Below are positions 16,770-35,100 of a stretch of DNA of 64,000 bases, one piece after another. The stretch comes from Eledone cirrhosa (taxonomy: Eukaryota). The position numbers and the translations under genes were made by a program. The number at the start of each line of letters is the position of its first letter. Position 1 is the first letter of the stretch. The notes under the pieces were generated by a model, which had not been told where the DNA came from, ran no database searches, and worked only from the letters and a program-made list of their open reading frames with translations. The stretch covers positions 119,412,001 through 119,476,000 of the forward strand of contig OZ024744.1 in the NCBI GenBank assembly GCA_964016885.1. Direction: 5' to 3'.

Positions 16770-19700
16770 ACAGGATGGCACCTATACTACTACTACTACT
16801 ACCTTGATGGTACCTACACTACTACTACTACTACTACTACCTTGATGGCACCTACACTACTACCACTACTGCTACTACATTGATGGCACCTACACTACTA
16901 CTACTACCACTACTACCTTGATGGCACCTACACTACTACTACTACCACTACTTCATTGATGGCACCTACACTACTACTACTACTACCTTGATGGCACCTA
17001 CACTACTACTACTACCACTACTACCGTGATAGCACCTACACTACTACCACTACCACTACTACCTTGATGGCACCTACACTACTACTACCACTACTACCTT
17101 GATGACACCTACACTACTACCACTACTACTACTACATTGATGGCACCTACACTACTACTACCACTACTACCTTGATGGCACCTACACTACTACTACTACC
17201 ACTACTACCTTGATGGCACCTACACTACTACTACTACTACTACTACCCTGATGGCACCTACACTACTACTACTACCACTACTGCCTTGATGGCACCTACA
17301 CTACTACTACTACCACTACTACCTTGATGGCACCTACACTACTACTACTACCACTACTTCATTGATGGCACCTACACTACTACTACTACCACTACTTCAT
17401 TGATGGCACCTACACTACTATTACTACTACCTTGATGGCACCTACACTACTACTACTACCACTACTACCGTGATAGCACCTACACTACTACCACTACCAC
17501 TACTACCTTGATGGCACCTACTTTACTACTACTACTACTACTACCACTACTACCTTGATAGGACCTACACTACTACTTCTACCACTACTACCCTGATGGT
17601 ACCTAAACTACTACCACTACCACCTTGATGGTACCCACACTACTACTACTACCACTACCACTACTACCTTGATGGCACCTACACTACTATACTACTACTA
17701 CCTTGATGGCACCTACACTACTACTACTACCACTACTACCTTGATGGCACCTACACTACTACTACTACTACCACTACTACCTTGATGGCACCTACACTAC
17801 TACTACTACCACTACCTTGAAAGCACCTACACTACTACTACTACCACTACTACCTTTATGTCACCTACACAACTACCACTACCACTACTACCTTGATGGC
17901 ACCTACACTACTACTACTACTACTACCTTGATGGCACCTACACTACTACTACTACCACTACCTTGAAAGCACCTACACTACTACTACTACCACTACTACC
18001 TTTATGTCACCTACACAACTACCACTACCACTACTACCTTGATGGCACCTACACTACTACTACCACTACTACCTTGATGGCACCTACACTACTACTACTA
18101 CTACTACCTTGATGGCACCTACACTACTACTACTGCCACTACTACCTTGATGGCACCTACACTACTACTACTACCACTACTACCTTGATGGCACCTACAC
18201 TACTACTACTACCACTACTAACTTGATGACACCTACACTACTACTACTACCACTACTACCTTGATGGCACCTACACTACTACTACTACCACTACTACCTT
18301 GATGGCACCTACACTACTACTACCACTACTACCTTGATGGCACCTACACTACTACTACCACTACTACTACCTTGATGGCACCTACACTACTACTACTGCC
18401 ACTACTACCTTGATGGCACCTACACTACTACTACTACCACTACTACCTTGATGGCACCTACACTACTACTACTACCACTACTACCTTGATGACACCTACA
18501 CTACTACTACTACCACTACAACCTTGTTGGCACCTTCACTACTACTACTACTACTACTACTAACATGATGGCACCTACACTACTACTACTACTACTACCT
18601 TAATGGCACCTACCCTACTACTACCACTACTACCTTCATGGCACCTACACTGCTACCACTACCACTACAACCTTGTTTGCACCTTCACTACTACTACTAC
18701 TACTACTACTAACATGATGGCACCTACACTACTACTACTACTACCTTGATGGCACCTACACTACTACTACTACCACTACTACCTTGATGGCACCTACACT
18801 ACTACTACCACTACTACCATGATGGCACCTACACTACTACTACTACTACTACCTTGATGGCACCTACACTACTACTACTACTACTACCTTGATGGCACCT
18901 ACACTACTACTACTACTACTACCTTGATGGCACCTACACTACTACTACTACCACTACTACCTTCATGGCACCTACACTACTACTACCACTACTACCTTGA
19001 TGGCACCTACACTACTACTACTACTACCACTACTACCTTGATGGCACCTACACTACTACTACTACTACCACTACTACCTTGATGGCACCTACACTACTAC
19101 TACTACCACTACTACCTTGATGGCACCTACACTACTACTACTACCACTACTACCTTGATGGCACCTACACTACTACTACTACCACTACTACCTTGATGGC
19201 ACCTACACTACTACTAATACTACTACTACATTGAGGGCACCTACACTACTACTACTACCACTACCTTCATGGCACCTACACTACTACTACTACTACTACT
19301 ACCACTACTACCTTGATGGCACCTACACTACTTCTACCACTACTACCATGATGGCACCTACACTACTACTACAACCACTACCTTCATGGCACCTACACTA
19401 CTACTACTACTACTACTACCACTACTACCTTGATGGCACCTACACTACTACTACTACTACCTTGATGGAACCTACACTACTACTACTACCACTACTACCA
19501 TGATGGCAACTACACTACTACTACTACCACTACTACCTTGATGGCACCTACACTACTACTACTACTACTACCACTACTACCTTGATGGCACCTTCACTAC
19601 TACTACTACCACTACTACCTTGATGGCACCTACACTACTACTACTACCACTACTACCTTGATGGCACCTACACTACTACTACTAATACTACCTTGATGAC

Positions 19701-20611
19701 ACCTACACTACTACTACTACTACTACCTTAATGGCACCTACACTACTACTACTACTACCACTACTACCTTGATGGCACCTACACTACTACTACTACTACC
19801 ACTACTACCTTGATGGCACCTACACTACTACTACTACCACTACTACCTTGATGGTACCTACACTACTACTACTACTACTACCTTGATGGCACCTACACTA
19901 CTACTATTACTACTACTACCTTGATGGCACCTACACTACTACTACCACTACTACCTTGATGGCACCTACACTACTACTACTACCACTACTACCTTGATGG
20001 CACCTACACTACTACTACTACCACTACTACCTTGATAGCACCTACACTACTACTACAACCACTACTAACTTGATGGCACCTACACTACAACTACTACTAC
20101 TACCTTGATGGTACCTACACTACTACTACTACCACTACTACCTTGATGGCACCTACACTACTACTACTACTACCACTACTACCTTGATGGCACCTACACT
20201 ACTACTACTACTACTACTACCTTGATGGCACCTACACTACTACTACTACTACTACTACATTGATGGCACCTACACTACCACTACTACTGCCACTACTACC
20301 TTGATGTCACCTACACTACTACTTCTACCACTACTACCTTGATGTCACCTACACTACTACTACTACCACTACTACCTTGATGGCACCTACACTACTACTA
20401 CTACTACAACGACTACCTTGATGGCACCTACACTACTACTACTACCTTGATGGCACCTACACTACTACTACCACTACTACCTTGATGGCACCTACAGTAC
20501 TACTACTACCACTACTTCCTTGATGGCACCTACACTACTACTACTACTACTACTACCACCTTGATGGCACCTACACTACTACTACTACTACTACTACCTT
20601 GATGGCACCTA

Positions 20612-20644
<33 letters not shown>

Positions 20645-23600
20645 CTTGATGGCACCTACACTACTACTACTACTACTACTACCACCTTGATGGCACCTAC
20701 ACTACTACTACTACTACTACTACCTTGATGGCAGCTACACTACTACTACTACTACCTTGATGGCACCTACACTACTACTACTACTACTACTACCACCTTG
20801 ATGGCACCTACACTACTACTACTACTACTACTACCACCTTGATGGCACCTACACTACTACTACTACTACTACTACTACCTTGATGGCACCTACACTACTA
20901 CTACTACTACTACTACTACCTTGATGGCACCTACACTACTACTACTACTACTACCTTGATGGCACCTACACTACTACTACTACTACTACTACTACCTTGA
21001 TGGCACCTACACTACTACTACCACTACTACATTGATGGCACCTACACTACTACTACTACTACTACTACCTTGATGGCACCTACACTACTACTACTACTAC
21101 TACCACCTTGATGGCACCTACACTACTACTACTACTACTACTACTACCTTGATGGCACCTACACTACTACTACTACTACTACTACTACCTTGATGGCACC
21201 TACACTACTACTACTACTACTACTACTACCTTGATGGCACCTACACTACTACTACTACTACTACTACCTTGATGGCACCTACACTACTACTACTACTACT
21301 ACTACCTTGATGGCACCTACACTACTACTACTACTACTACTACTACCTTGATGGCACCTACACTACTACTACTACCACTACTACCTTGATGGCACCTACA
21401 CTACTACTACTACTACTACTACCTTGATGGCACCTACACTACTACTACTACTACTACTACCTTGATGGCACCTACACTACTACTACTACTACTACTACTA
21501 CCTTGATGGCACCTACACTACTACTACTACCATTACTACTACCTTAATGGCACCTACACTACTACTACTACTACTACTACTACCTTGATGGCACCTACAC
21601 TACTACTACTACTACCTTGATGGCACCTACACTACTACTACTACTACTACCACCTTGATGGCACCTACACTACTACTACTACTACTACTACTACCTTGAT
21701 GGCACCTACACTACTACTACTACTACTACTACCTTGATGGCACCTACACTACTACTACTACTACTACTACTACCTTGATGGCACCTACACTACTACTACT
21801 ACTACTACTACTACCTTGATGGCACCTACACTACTACTACTACTACCTTGATGGCACCTACACTACTACTACTACTACTACTACCTTGATGGCACCTACA
21901 CTACTACTACTACTACTACCACCTTGATGGCACCTACACTACTACTACTACTACTACTACTACCTTGATGGCACCTACACTACTACTACTACTACTACTA
22001 CCTTGATGGCACCTACACTACTACTACTACTACTACTACTACCTTGATGGCACCTACACTACTACTACTACTACTACTACTACCTTGATGGCACCTACAC
22101 TACTACTACTACTACTACTACCTTGATGGCACCTACACTACTACTACTACTACTACTACCTTGATGGCACCTACACTACTACTACTACTACTACTACTAC
22201 CTTGATGGCACCTACACTACTACTACTACTACTACTACTACCTTGATGGCACCTACACTACTACTACTACTACTACTACCTTGATGGCACCTACACTACT
22301 ACTACTACTACTACCACCTTGATGGCACCTACACTACTACTACTACTACTACTACTACCTTGATGGCACCTACACTACTACTACTACTACTACTACTACC
22401 TTGATGTCACCTACACTACTACTACTACTACTACCTTGATGGCACCTACACTACTACTACCACTACTACCTTGATGGCACCTACAGTACTACTACTACCA
22501 CTACTTCCTTGATGGCACCTACACTACTACTACTACTACTACTACCTTGATGGCACCTACACTACTACTACTACTACTACTACTACCTTGATGGCACCTA
22601 CACTACTACTACTACTACTACTACTACCTTGATGGCACCTACACTACTACTACTACTACTACTACTACCTTGATGGCACCTACACTACTACTACTACTAC
22701 TACCACCTTGATGGCACCTACACTACTACTACTACTACTACTACTACCTTGATGGCACCTACACTACTACTACTACTACTACCACCTTGATGGCACCTAC
22801 ACTACTACTACTACTACCACTACTACCTTGATGGCACCTACACTACTACTACTACTACCTTGATGGCACCTACACTACTACTACTACTACTACTACCTTG
22901 ATGGCACCTACACTACTACTACTACTACTACTACTACTACCTTGATGGCACCTACACTACTACTACTACTACTACTACTACCTTGATGGCACCTACACTA
23001 CTACTACTACTACTACTACTACCTTGATGGCACCTACACTACTACTACCACTACTACCTTGATGGCACCTACACTACTACTACTACTACCTTGATGGCAC
23101 CTACACTACTACTACTACTACTACTACTACCTTGATGGCACCTACACTACTACTACCACTACTACCTTGATGGCACCTACACTACTACTACTACTACTAC
23201 TACCTTGATGGCACCTACACTACTACTACCACTACTACCTTGATGGCACCTACACTACTACTACTACTACCTTGATGGCACCTACACTACTACTACTACT
23301 ACTACTACCTTGATGGCACCTACACTACTACTACTACTACTACTACTACCTTGATGGCACCTACACTACTACTACTACTACTACTACTACCTTGATGGCA
23401 CCTACACTACTACTACTACTACTACTACTACCTTGATGGCACCTACACTACTACTACCACTACTACCTTGATGGCACCTACAGTACTACTACTACCACTA
23501 CTTCCTTGATGGCACCTACACTACTACTACTACTACTACTACCACCTTGATGGCACCTACACTACTACTACTACTACTACTACTACCTTGATGGCACCTA

Positions 23601-26076
23601 CACTACTACTACTACTACTACTACTACCTTGATGGCACCTACACTACTACTACTACTACTACTACTACATTTATGGCACCTACACTACTACTACTACTAC
23701 TACTACTACCTTGATGGCACCTACACTACTACTACCACTACTACCTTGATGGCACCTACACTACTACTACTACTACTACCTTGATGGCACCTACACTACT
23801 ACTACCACTACTACCTTGATGGCACCTACACTACTACTACCACTACTACCTTGATGGCACCTACACTACTACTACCACTACTACCTTGATGGCACCTACA
23901 CTACTACTACTACCACTACTACCTTGATGGCACCTACACTACTACTACCACTACTACCTTGATGGCACCTACACTACTACTACCACTACTACCTTGATGG
24001 CACCTACACTACTACTACCACTACTACCTTGATGGCACCTACACTACTACTACTACCACTACTACCTTGATGGCACCTACACTACTACTACCACTACTAC
24101 CTTGATGGCACCTACACTACTACTACCACTACTACCTTGATGGCACCTACACTACTACTACCACTACTACCTTGATGGCACCTACACTACTACTACTACT
24201 ACTACCTTGATGGCACCTACACTACTACTACCACTACTACCTTGATGGCACCTACACTACTACTACCACTACTACCTTGATGGCACCTACACTACTACTA
24301 CCACTACTACCTTGATGGCACCTACACTACTACTACTACCACTACTACCTTGATGGCACCTACACTACTACTACCACTACTACCTTGATGGCACCTACAC
24401 TACTACTACCACTACTACCTTGATGGCACCTACACTACTACTACCACTACTACCTTGATGGCACCTACACTACTACTACCACTACTACCTTGATGGCACC
24501 TACACTACTACTACTACCACTACTACCTTGATGGCACCTACACTACTACTACCACTACTACCTTGATGGCACCTACACTACTACTACTACCACTACTACC
24601 TTGATGGCACCTACACTACTACTACCACTACTACCTTGATGGCACCTACACTACTACTACTACCACTACTACCTTGATGGCACCTACACTACTACTACCA
24701 CTACTACCTTGATGGCACCTACACTACTACTACCACTACTACCTTGATGGCACCTACACTACTACTACCACTACTACCTTGATGGCACCTACACTACTAC
24801 TACCACTACTACCTTGATGGCACCTACACTACTACTACCACTACTACCTTGATGGCACCTACACTACTACTACCACTACTACCTTGATGGCACCTACACT
24901 ACTACTACTACTACTACCTTGATGGCACCTACACTACTACTACCACTACTACCTTGATGGCACCTACACTACTACTACCACTACTACCTTGATGGCACCT
25001 ACACTACTACTACCACTACTACCTTGATGGCACCTACACTACTACTACCACTACTACCTTGATGGCACCTACACTACTACTACTACCACTACTACCTTGA
25101 TGGCACCTACACTACTACTACCACTACTACCTTGATGGCACCTACACTACTACTACTACTACTACTACCTTGATGGCACCTACACTACTACTACCACTAC
25201 TACCTTGATGGCACCTACACTACTACTACTACCACTACTACCTTGATGGCACCTACACTACTACTACCACTACTACCTTGATGGCACCTACACTACTACT
25301 ACTACCACTACTACCTTGATGGTACCTACACTACTACTACTACTACTACCTTGATGGCACCTACACTACTACTATTACTACTACTACCTTGATGGCACCT
25401 ACACTACTACTACCACTACTACCTTGATGGCACCTACACTACTACTACTACCACTACTACCTTGATGGCACCTACACTACTACTACTACCACTACTACCT
25501 TGATAGCACCTACACTACTACTACAACCACTACTAACTTGATGGCACCTACACTACAACTACTACTACTACCTTGATGGTACCTACACTACTACTACTAC
25601 CACTACTACCTTGATGGCACCTACACTACTACTACTACTACCACTACTACCTTGATGGCACCTACACTACTACTACTACTACTACTACCTTGATGGCACC
25701 TACACTACTACTACTACTACTACTACATTGATGGCACCTACACTACCACTACTACTGCCACTACTACCTTGATGTCACCTACACTACTACTTCTACCACT
25801 ACTACCTTGATGTCACCTACACTACTACTACTACCACTACTACCTTGATGGCACCTACACTACTACTACTACTACAACGACTACCTTGATGGCACCTACA
25901 CTACTACTACTACCTTGATGGCACCTACACTACTACTACCACTACTACCTTGATGGCACCTACAGTACTACTACTACCACTACTTCCTTGATGGCACCTA
26001 CACTACTACTACTACTACTACCACCTTGATGGCACCTACACTACTACTACTACTACTACTACCTTGATGGCACCTA

Positions 26077-26109
<33 letters not shown>

Positions 26110-29100
26110 CTTGATGGCACCTACACTACTACTACTACTACTACTACCACCTTGATGGCACCTACACTACTACTACTACTACTACTACCTTGATGGCACC
26201 TACACTACTACTACTACTACTACTACCACCTTGATGGCACCTACACTACTACTACTACTACTACTACCTTGATGGCACCTACACTACTACTACTACTACT
26301 ACTACCTTGATGGCACCTACACTACTACTACTACTACTACTACCACCTTGATGGCACCTACACTACTACTACTACTACTACTACCTTGATGGCACCTACA
26401 CTACTACTACTACTACTACTACCACCTTGATGGCACCTACACTACTACTACTACTACTACTACCTTGATGGCACCTACACTACTACTACTACTACTACTA
26501 CCTTGATGGCACCTACACTACTACTACTACTACTACTACCACCTTGATGGCACCTACACTACTACTACTACTACTACTACCACCTTGATGGCACCTACAC
26601 TACTACTACTACTACTACTACTACCTTGATGTCACCTACACTACTACTACTACTACTACCTTGATGGCACCTACACTACTACTACTACTACTACTACCTT
26701 GATGGCACCTACACTACTACTACTACTACTACCACCTTGATGGCACCTACACTACTACTACTTCTACTACTACTACCTTGATGGCACCTACACTACTACT
26801 ACTACTACTACTACTACCTTGATGGCACCTACACTACTACTACCACTACTACATTGATGGCACCTACACTACTACTACTACTACTACTACCTTGATGGCA
26901 CCTACACTACTACTACTACTACTACCACCTTGATGGCACCTACACTACTACTACTACTACTACTACTACCTTGATGGCACCTACACTACTACTACTACTA
27001 CTACTACTACCTTGATGGCACCTACACTACTACTACTACTACCTTGATGGCACCTACACTACTACTACTACTACTACTACCTTGATGGCACCTACACTAC
27101 TACTACTACTACTACTACTACCTTGATGGCACCTACACTACTACTACTACTACTACTACTACCTTGATGGCACCTACACTACTACTACTACCACTACTAC
27201 CTTGATGGCACCTACACTACTACTACTACCATTACTACTACCTTGATGGCACCTACACTACTACTACTACTACTACTACTACTACCTTGATGGCACCTAC
27301 ACTACTACTACTACTACTACTACTACCTTGATGGCACCTACACTACTACTACTACTACTACTACTACCTTGATGGCACCTACACTACTACTACTACCACT
27401 ACTACCTTGATGGCACCTACACTACTACTACTACCATTACTACTACCTTGATGGCACCTACACTACTACTACTACTACTACTACTACCTTGATGGCACCT
27501 ACACTACTACTACTACTACTACTACTACCTTGATGGCACCTACACTACTACTACTACTACTACTACTACCTTGATGGCACCTACACTACTACTACTACCA
27601 TTACTACTACCTTGATGGCACCTACACTACTACTACTACTACTACTACTACCTTGATGGCACCTACACTACTACTACTACTACTACTACCTTGATGGCAC
27701 CTACACTACTACTACTACTACTACCACCTTGATGGCACCTACACTACTACTACTACTACTACTACTACCTTGATGGCACCTACACTACTACTACTACCAC
27801 TACTACCTTGATGGCACCTACACTACTACTACTACCACTACTACCTTGATGGCACCTACACTACTACTACCACTACTACCTTGATGGCACCTACACTACT
27901 ACTACCACTACTACCTTGATGGCACCTACACTACTACTACCACTACTACCTTGATGGCACCTACACTACTACTACTACCACTACTACCTTGATGGCACCT
28001 ACACTACTACTACCACTACTACCTTGATGGCACCTACACTACTACTACTACCACTACTACCTTGATGGCACCTACACTACTACTACCACTACTACCTTGA
28101 TGGCACCTACACTACTACTACCACTACTACCTTGATGGCACCTACACTACTACTACTACTACTACCTTGATGGCACCTACACTACTACTACCACTACTAC
28201 CTTGATGGCACCTACACTACTACTACCACTACTACCTTGATGGCACCTACACTACTACTACCACTACTACCTTGATGGCACCTACACTACTACTACCACT
28301 ACTACCTTGATGGCACCTACACTACTACTACTACCACTACTACCTTGATGGCACCTACACTACTACTACCACTACTACCTTGATGGCACCTACACTACTA
28401 CTACCACTACTACCTTGATGGCACCTACACTACTACTACTACCACTACTACCTTGATGGCACCTACACTACTACTACTACCACTACTACCTTGATGGCAC
28501 CTACACTACTACTACCACTACTACCTTGATGGCACCTACACTACTACTACCACTACTACCTTGATGGCACCTACACTACTACTACTACTACTACCTTGAT
28601 GGCACCTACACTACTACTACCACTACTACCTTGATGGCACCTACACTACTACTACCACTACTACCTTGATGGCACCTACACTACTACTACCACTACTACC
28701 TTGATGGCACCTACACTACTACTACCACTACTACCTTGATGGCACCTACACTACTACTACCACTACTACCTTGATGGCACCTACACTACTACTACTACCA
28801 CTACTACCTTGATGGCACCTACACTACTACTACCACTACTACCTTGATGGCACCTACACTACTACTACCACTACTACCTTGATGGCACCTACACTACTAC
28901 TACTACCACTACTACCTTGATGGCACCTACACTACTACTACTACCACTACTACCTTGATGGCACCTACACTACTACTACCACTACTACCTTGATGGCACC
29001 TACACTACTACTACCACTACTACCTTGATGGCACCTACACTACTACTACTACTACTACCTTGATGGCACCTACACTACTACTACCACTACTACCTTGATG

Positions 29101-32100
29101 GCACCTACACTACTACTACCACTACTACCTTGATGGCACCTACACTACTACTACTACTACTACCTTGATGGCACCTACACTACTACTACCACTACTACCT
29201 TGATGGCACCTACACTACTACTACCACTACTACCTTGATGGCACCTACACTACTACTACCACTACTACCTTGATGGCACCTACACTACTACTACCACTAC
29301 TACCTTGATGGCACCTACACTACTACTACTACCACTACTACCTTGATGGCACCTACACTACTACTACCACTACTACCTTGATGGCACCTACACTACTACT
29401 ACCACTACTACCTTGATGGCACCTACACTACTACTACTACCACTACTACCTTGATGGCACCTACACTACTACTACTACCACTACTACCTTGATGGCACCT
29501 ACACTACTACTACCACTACTACCTTGATGGCACCTACACTACTACTACCACTACTACCTTAATGGCACCTACACTACTACTACTACTACTACCTTGATGG
29601 CACCTACACTACTACTACCACTACTACCTTGATGGCACCTACACTACTACTACCACTACTACCTTGATGGCACCTACACTACTACTACCACTACTACCTT
29701 GATGGCACCTACACTACTACTACCACTACTACCTTGATGGCACCTACACTACTACTACTACCACTACTACCTTGATGGCACCTACACTACTACTACCACT
29801 ACTACCTTGATGGCACCTACACTACTACTACCACTACTACCTTGATGGCACCTACACTACTACTACTACCACTACTACCTTGATGGCACCTACACTACTA
29901 CTACTACCACTACTACCTTGATGGCACCTACACTACTACTACCACTACTACCTTGATGGCACCTACACTACTACTACTACCACTACTACCTTGATGGTAC
30001 CTACACTACTACTACTACTACTACCTTGATGGCACCTACACTACTACTATTACTACTACTACCTTGATGGCACCTACACTACTACTACCACTACTACCTT
30101 GATGGCACCTACACTACTACTACTACCACTACTACCTTGATGGCACCTACACTACTACTACTACCACTACTACCTTGATAGCACCTACACTACTACTACA
30201 ACCACTACTAACTTGATGGCACCTACACTACAACTACTACTACTACCTTGATGGTACCTACACTACTACTACTACCACTACTACCTTGATGGCACCTACA
30301 CTACTACTACTACTACCACTACTACCTTGATGGCACCTACACTACTACTACTACTACTACTACCTTGATGGCACCTACACTACTACTACTACTACTACTA
30401 CATTGATGGCACCTACACTACCACTACTACTGCCACTACTACCTTGATGTCACCTACACTACTACTTCTACCACTACTACCTTGATGGCACCTACACTAC
30501 TACTACTACTACAACGACTACCTTGATGGCACCTACACTACTACTACTACCTTGATGGCACCTACACTACTACTACCACTACTACCTTGATGGCACCTAC
30601 AGTACTACTACTACCACTACTTCCTTGATGGCACCTACACTACTACTACTACTACTACTACCACCTTGATGGCACCTACACTACTACTACTACTACTACT
30701 ACCACCTTGATGGCACCTACACTACTACTACTACTACTACTACTACCTTGATGGCAGCTACACTACTACTACTACTACCTTGATGGCACCTACACTACTA
30801 CTACTACTACTACTACCACCTTGATGGCACCTACACTACTACTACTACTGCTACTACCACCTTGATGGCACCTACACTACTACTACTACTACTACTACTA
30901 CCTTGATGTCACCTACACTACTACTACTACTACTACCTTGATGGCACCTACACTACTACTACTACTACTACTACCTTGATGGCACCTACACTACTACTAC
31001 TACTACTACCACCTTGATGGCACCTACACTACTACTACTTCTACTACTACTACCTTGATGGCACCTACACTACTACTACTACTACTACTACTACCTTGAT
31101 GGCACCTACACTACTACTACTACTACTACTACCTTGATGGCACCTACACTACTACTACTACTACTACCACCTTGATGGCACCTACACTACTACTACTACT
31201 ACTACTACTACCTTGATGGCACCTACACTACTACTACTACTACTACTACTACCTTGATGGCACCTACACTACTACTACTACTACTACTACCTTGATGGCA
31301 CCTACACTACTACTACTACTACTACTACCTTGATGTCACCTACACTACTACTACTACTACTACTACCTTGATGGCACCTACACTACTACTACTACCACTA
31401 CTACTACTACCTTGATGTCACCTACACTACTACTACTACCTTGATGGCACCTACACTACTACTACTACTACTACTACTACCTTGATGGCACCTACACTAC
31501 TACTACTACTACTACCACCTTGATGGCACCTACACTACTACTACTACTACTACTACCTTGATGGCACCTACACTACTACTACTACTACTACTACCTTGAT
31601 GTCAGCTACACTACTACTACTACTACTACTACCTTGATGGCACCTACACTACTACTTCTACTACTACTACCTTGATGTCACCTACACTTACTACTACTAC
31701 TACTACCTTGATGGCACCTACACTACTACTACTACTACTACTACTACCTTGATGGCACCTACACTACTACTACTACTACTACCACCTTGATGGCACCTAC
31801 ACTACTACTACTACTACTACTACCTTGATGGCACCTACACTACTACTACTACTACTACTACTTGATGTCACCTACACTACTACTACTACTACCACCTTGA
31901 TGGCACCTACACTACTACTACTACTACTACTACTACCTTGATGGCAGCTACACTACTACTACTACTACCTTGATGGCACCTACACTACTACTACTACTAC
32001 TACTACCACCTTGATGGCACCTACACTACTACTTACTACTACTACTACCACCTTGATGGCACCTACACTACTACTACTACTACTACTACCACCTTGATGG

Positions 32101-35100
32101 CACCTACACTACTACTACTACTACTACTACTACCCTTGATGGCACCTACACTACTACTACTACTACTACTACCTTGATGGCACCTACACTACTACTACTA
32201 CTACTGACTACCACCTTGATGGCACCTACACTACTACTACTACTACTACTACCACCTTGATGGCACCTACACTACTACTACTACTACGTACTACTACCTT
32301 GATGGCAGCTACACTACTACTACTACTACCTTGATGGCACCTACACTACTACTACTACTACTACTACTACCTTGATGGCACCTACACTACTACTACTACT
32401 ACTACCACCTTGATGGCACCTACACTACTACTACTACTACTACTACCTTGATGGCACCTACACTACTACTACTACTACCTTGATGGCACCTACACTACTA
32501 CTACTACTACTACTACCTTGATGGCACCTACACTACTACTACTACTACTACCACCTTGATGGCACCTACACTACTACTACTACTACTACTACCTTGATGG
32601 CACCTACACTACTACTACTACTACCTTGATGGCACCTACACTTACTACTACTACTACTACTACCACCTTGATGGCACCTACACTACTACTACTACTACTA
32701 CTACTACCTTGATGGCAGCTACACTACTACTACTACCACCTTGATGGCACCTACACTACTACTACTACTACTACTACTACCTTGATGTCACCTACACTAC
32801 TACTACTACTACTACTACTACCTTGATGGCACCTACACTACTACTACTACTACTACTACCTTGATGGCACCTACACTACTACTACTACTACTACCTTGAT
32901 GGCACCTACACTACTACTACTACTACTACTACCTTGATGGCACCTACACTACTACTACTACTACCTTGATGGCACCTACACTACTACTACTACTACTACT
33001 ACCTTGATGGCACCTACACTACTACTACTACTACCTTGATGGCACCTACACTACTACTACTACTACTACTACCTTGATGGCAGCTACACTACTACTACTA
33101 CTACCTTGATGGCACCTACACTACTACTACTACTACTACTACCTTGATGGCACCTACACTACTACTACTACTACTACTACTACCTTGATGGCACCTACAC
33201 TACTACTACTACTACCTTGATGGCACCTACACTACTACTACTACTACTACTACCTTGATGGCACCTACACTACTACTACCACTACTACCTTGATGGCACC
33301 TACACTACTACTACTACTACTACTACATTGATGGCACCTACACTACTACTACTACTACTACTACCTTGATGGCACCTACACTACTACTACTACTACTACT
33401 ACTACCTTGATGGCACCTACACTACTACTACTACTACTACTACCTTGATGGCACCTACACTACTACTACTACTACTACTACCTTGATGGCACCTACACTA
33501 CTACTACTACTACTACTACCTTGATGGCACCTACACTACTACTACTACTACTACTACTACCTTGATGGCACCTACACTACTACTACTACTACTACTACTA
33601 CCTTGATGGCACCTACACTACTACTACTACTACTACTACCTTGATGGCACCTACACTACTACTACTACTACTACTACCTTGATGGCACCTACACTACTAC
33701 TACTACTACTACTACATTGATGGCACCTACACTACTACTACTACTACTACTACCTTGATGGCACTACACTACTACTACGTACTACTACTACTACCTTGAT
33801 GGCACCTACACTACTACTACTACTACTACTACCTTGATGGCACCTACACTACTACTACTACTACTACTACCTTGATGGCACCTACACTACTACTACTACT
33901 ACTACTACCTTGATGGCACCTACACTACTACTACTACTACTACTACTACCTTGATGGCACCTACACTACTACTACTACTACTACTACTACCTTGATGGCA
34001 CCTACACTACTACTACTACTACTACTACCTTGATGGCACCTACACTACTACTACTACTACTACTACCTTGATGGCACCTACACTACTACTACTACTACTA
34101 CCACCTTGATGGCACCTACACTACTACTACTACTACTACTACTACCTTGATGGCACCTACACTACTACTACTACTACTACTACCTTGATGGCACCTACAC
34201 TACTACTACTACCACTACTACCTTGATGGCACCTACACTACTACTACTACTACTACTACTACCTTGATGGCACCTACACTACTACTACTACTACTACTAC
34301 CTTGATGGCACCTACACTACTACTACTACTACTACTACCTTGATGGCACCTACACTACTACTACTACTACTACCACCTTGATGGCACCTACACTACTACT
34401 ACTACTACTACTACTACCTTGATGGCACCTACACTACTACTACTACTACTACCTTGATGGCACCTACACTACTACTACTACTACTACTACTACCTTGATG
34501 GCACCTACACTACTACTACCACTACTACCTTGATGGCACCTACAGTACTACTACTACCACTACTTCCTTGATGGCACCTACACTACTACTACTACTACTA
34601 CTACCACCTTGATGGCACCTACACTACTACTACTACTACCACTACTACCTTGATGGCACCTACACTACTACTACTACTACCTTGATGGCACCTACACTAC
34701 TACTACTACTACTACTACCTTGATGGCACCTACACTACTACTACTACTACTACTACTACCTTGATGGCACCTACACTACTACTACTACTACTACTACTAC
34801 CTTGATGGCACCTACACTACTACTACTACTACTACTACTACCTTGATGGCACCTACACTACTACTACCACTACTACCTTGATGGCACCTACAGTACTACT
34901 ACTACCACTACTTCCTTGATGGCACCTACACTACTACTACTACTACTACTACCACCTTGATGGCACCTACACTACTACTACTACTACTACTACTACCTTG
35001 ATGGCACCTACACTACTACTACTACTACTACCTTGATGGCACCTACACTACTACTACCACTACTACCTTGATGGCACCTACAACTACTACTACTACTACT

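Noticed and set aside
955-19503. Poly-Thr/Tyr/Leu ORFs suggesting a mucin or structural protein
   Set aside because: Units are 3n+2 long, so translation cycles through all frames and meets TGA every third unit. The ORFs arise only where a point variant removes a stop.
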